Assembly: GCA_949358305.1 (NCBI GenBank)
Contig: OX442314.1
Span: forward strand, 24,924,001-24,988,000
DNA length: 64,000 nt
Reading direction: 5' to 3'
Origin: Strigamia acuminata
Taxonomy: Eukaryota
This document shows, piece by piece, positions 63,704-64,000 of this stretch (position 1 is its first letter; each line of letters starts with the position of its first letter). Position numbers and translations under genes: made by a program. The notes beneath the pieces are model-generated. The model saw only the letters and a list, made by a program, of their open reading frames with translations. It searched no databases and had not been told where the DNA came from.

Positions 63704-64000
63704 AAAGAATAACGCTCAAAGATACGCGAAATCGAATGCAAAAATTTTTCATTCAAATTCTTTCACTTACTCCAAAAATAGGCAACAAATTGTGTGTTTC
63801 TCTGCACGACTTAACGTCAATTGCGCTCTGGCGATGTGGTCGATTCGTTGCAATGCAACCGCTGTAATGGATTTAAGGCCGGCGTCATTGTGCCTATATG
63901 CCAAGGAGTGGTTGCTAGGAGAATCCGTATGTTTTTATTTAGTCAATGCAGTGCTGTTGACCTTTATAGAACCGTCTATGAGCGTGTCTGGTGATGTATT

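Larger units (their letters stand above)
49008..64000. repeat. ~7-kb tandem segmental duplication: unit A ~49008..56010, unit B ~56011..62721, unit C 62722..window end
   Basis: Identical ORF translations at offset 6999-7000 (e.g. 50683/57682, 53129/60129); offset falls to ~6712 past the solo LTR unique to unit A. Confidence 0.95.

Overview
AT-rich animal genomic DNA with short GT-AG introns; an invertebrate, probably an arthropod (inferred from gene content and style, not verified). Left to right: a partial, apparently identical copy of the UCP gene ending at a 200-N gap; the right half of a DIRS1-like tyrosine-recombinase retrotransposon; three Ly6/uPAR (three-finger, quiver-like) GPI-type genes, with a 2.07-kb non-autonomous Ty3/Gypsy element between the first two; a 6-exon orphan gene; three tRNA-Thr(AGT) genes; a UCP2/3-type uncoupling protein; STRAP/Unrip; NDUFB8; a GAS2-family gene; a conserved uncharacterised 5-exon gene; TIGAR. 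From about 42 kb onward lies a second Ly6 array (5 intact genes plus relics) that has expanded by nested tandem duplication, including a ~7-kb unit carrying Tc1 and Gypsy relics. The most interesting signals are (i) strong divergence confined to the mature-domain exons of otherwise near-identical Ly6 duplicates, (ii) a GC-rich, multi-helix candidate RNA containing an Sm-site-like motif plus stem-loop inside intron 2 of STRAP/Unrip, and (iii) a young gag-protease-only LTR element. All gene models were spliced by eye and no searches were run.
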